DNA of 64,000 nt, from contig OZ218956.1 of the NCBI GenBank assembly GCA_965112735.1, positions 2,976,001 through 3,040,000 of the forward strand, read 5' to 3'. This stretch comes from Phaeosaccion multiseriatum (Eukaryota; Protista; Ochrophyta, other classes). Position 1 is the first letter of the stretch, and every line of letters starts with the position of its first letter. This document shows, in pieces, positions 63,397 to 64,000 of the stretch. The translations under genes and the position numbers were made by a program. Under the pieces are notes generated by a model. The model ran no database searches, was not told the DNA's origin, and saw nothing but the letters and a program-made list of their open reading frames with translations.

Positions 63397-64000
63397 TTTC
63401 GTACCACTCTGTGATTAGTGCTTGTGGCACCCCCCCTCTTGCCTCCTTGCAGCGATGGGGTGGGGGTGGAGGCAGCAAGTCTCCTCCTCCTCTATTGATG
63501 TGTTGCTTGTTTGTTTCAGAAAAGAATATTGGGTTGTTTTTGTTGTTCAGAAAGTACAAAGTTAAGTTAATTCATGAAGAGATGAAGAGGTTATCGAGTG
63601 AAGATCCAAATGAAGAAGAACAACAGCAGGAAGATTTTGATGATCATGCCGCGATTCCCCTGAACAATGTGGTAATATCGATGTAGATGCGCCTGCCCTT
63701 CCTGTGCGTAGCCGTGAGCTGAGAGAAAGAGAGCAATGTGCCACAGACAGTTACATTGCAAAGCAGGGCACAGGGTAGGGGGGAGGGATGCCAGTTCAGT
63801 CCACGCGCGGGGAAGGGATGGATGGAAGGAAGGAAGGAAGGAAGGAAGGAAGGAAGGAAGGTTCAGGAAGGGAAAAAGGAATGTAAGCATGGAAGGAAGG
63901 ACTCAAAGCCCGGAAGCCGGTATATCTGAGTTTTGTCTCCGGAAATTACTCGTATCCTTAACCCTGAATGGCCTTCAGATACATGGAGACGCGAACACAT

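Noticed and set aside
62200-63407. Long antisense and alternative-frame ORFs over the PPR gene
   Set aside because: Shadow ORFs of a repetitive, stop-poor coding sequence.
1-64000. tRNA, rRNA, snoRNA genes or autonomous transposon ORFs
   Set aside because: None recognised by eye. A covariance-model or HMM search would be needed to exclude small RNAs.

Overview
Eukaryotic nuclear DNA that is GC-rich, intron-rich and full of microsatellites, probably from a stramenopile alga (ochrophyte). That assignment is inferred from a signal peptide plus 'VEA-F' plastid-targeting leader, a TPGS1-like gene and the PPR style. About 19 protein genes can be rebuilt by hand from splice sites: ABC-F ATPase (3' part), TPGS1-like, TM-anchored CS/p23 protein, F-box/SPRY, Siva-like, LysM-UBA, an FAD oxidoreductase-SelD fusion, a plastid TPR protein with a fibrillin-like C-terminus, a coiled-coil protein, a small membrane protein, UTP6, 7TM-RGS, a small mitochondrial-type protein, Mei2-like, an EGF membrane protein, a small TM protein, DnaJC7, MTHFS and an intronless PPR. 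Most sit in tight head-to-head pairs. The least explained structures are: (i) a dispersed motif (CA)GTTGGTGATAC(AGC) found in exons in different frames and strands, in introns and as a 43-bp minisatellite; (ii) a MITE-like family with CCCCTGA ends and a shared GGCGCCAGCCGG core; (iii) a homogeneous, frameshift-truncated PPR array next to a dead PPR fragment and a MITE. All gene models are manual and no database searches were run.
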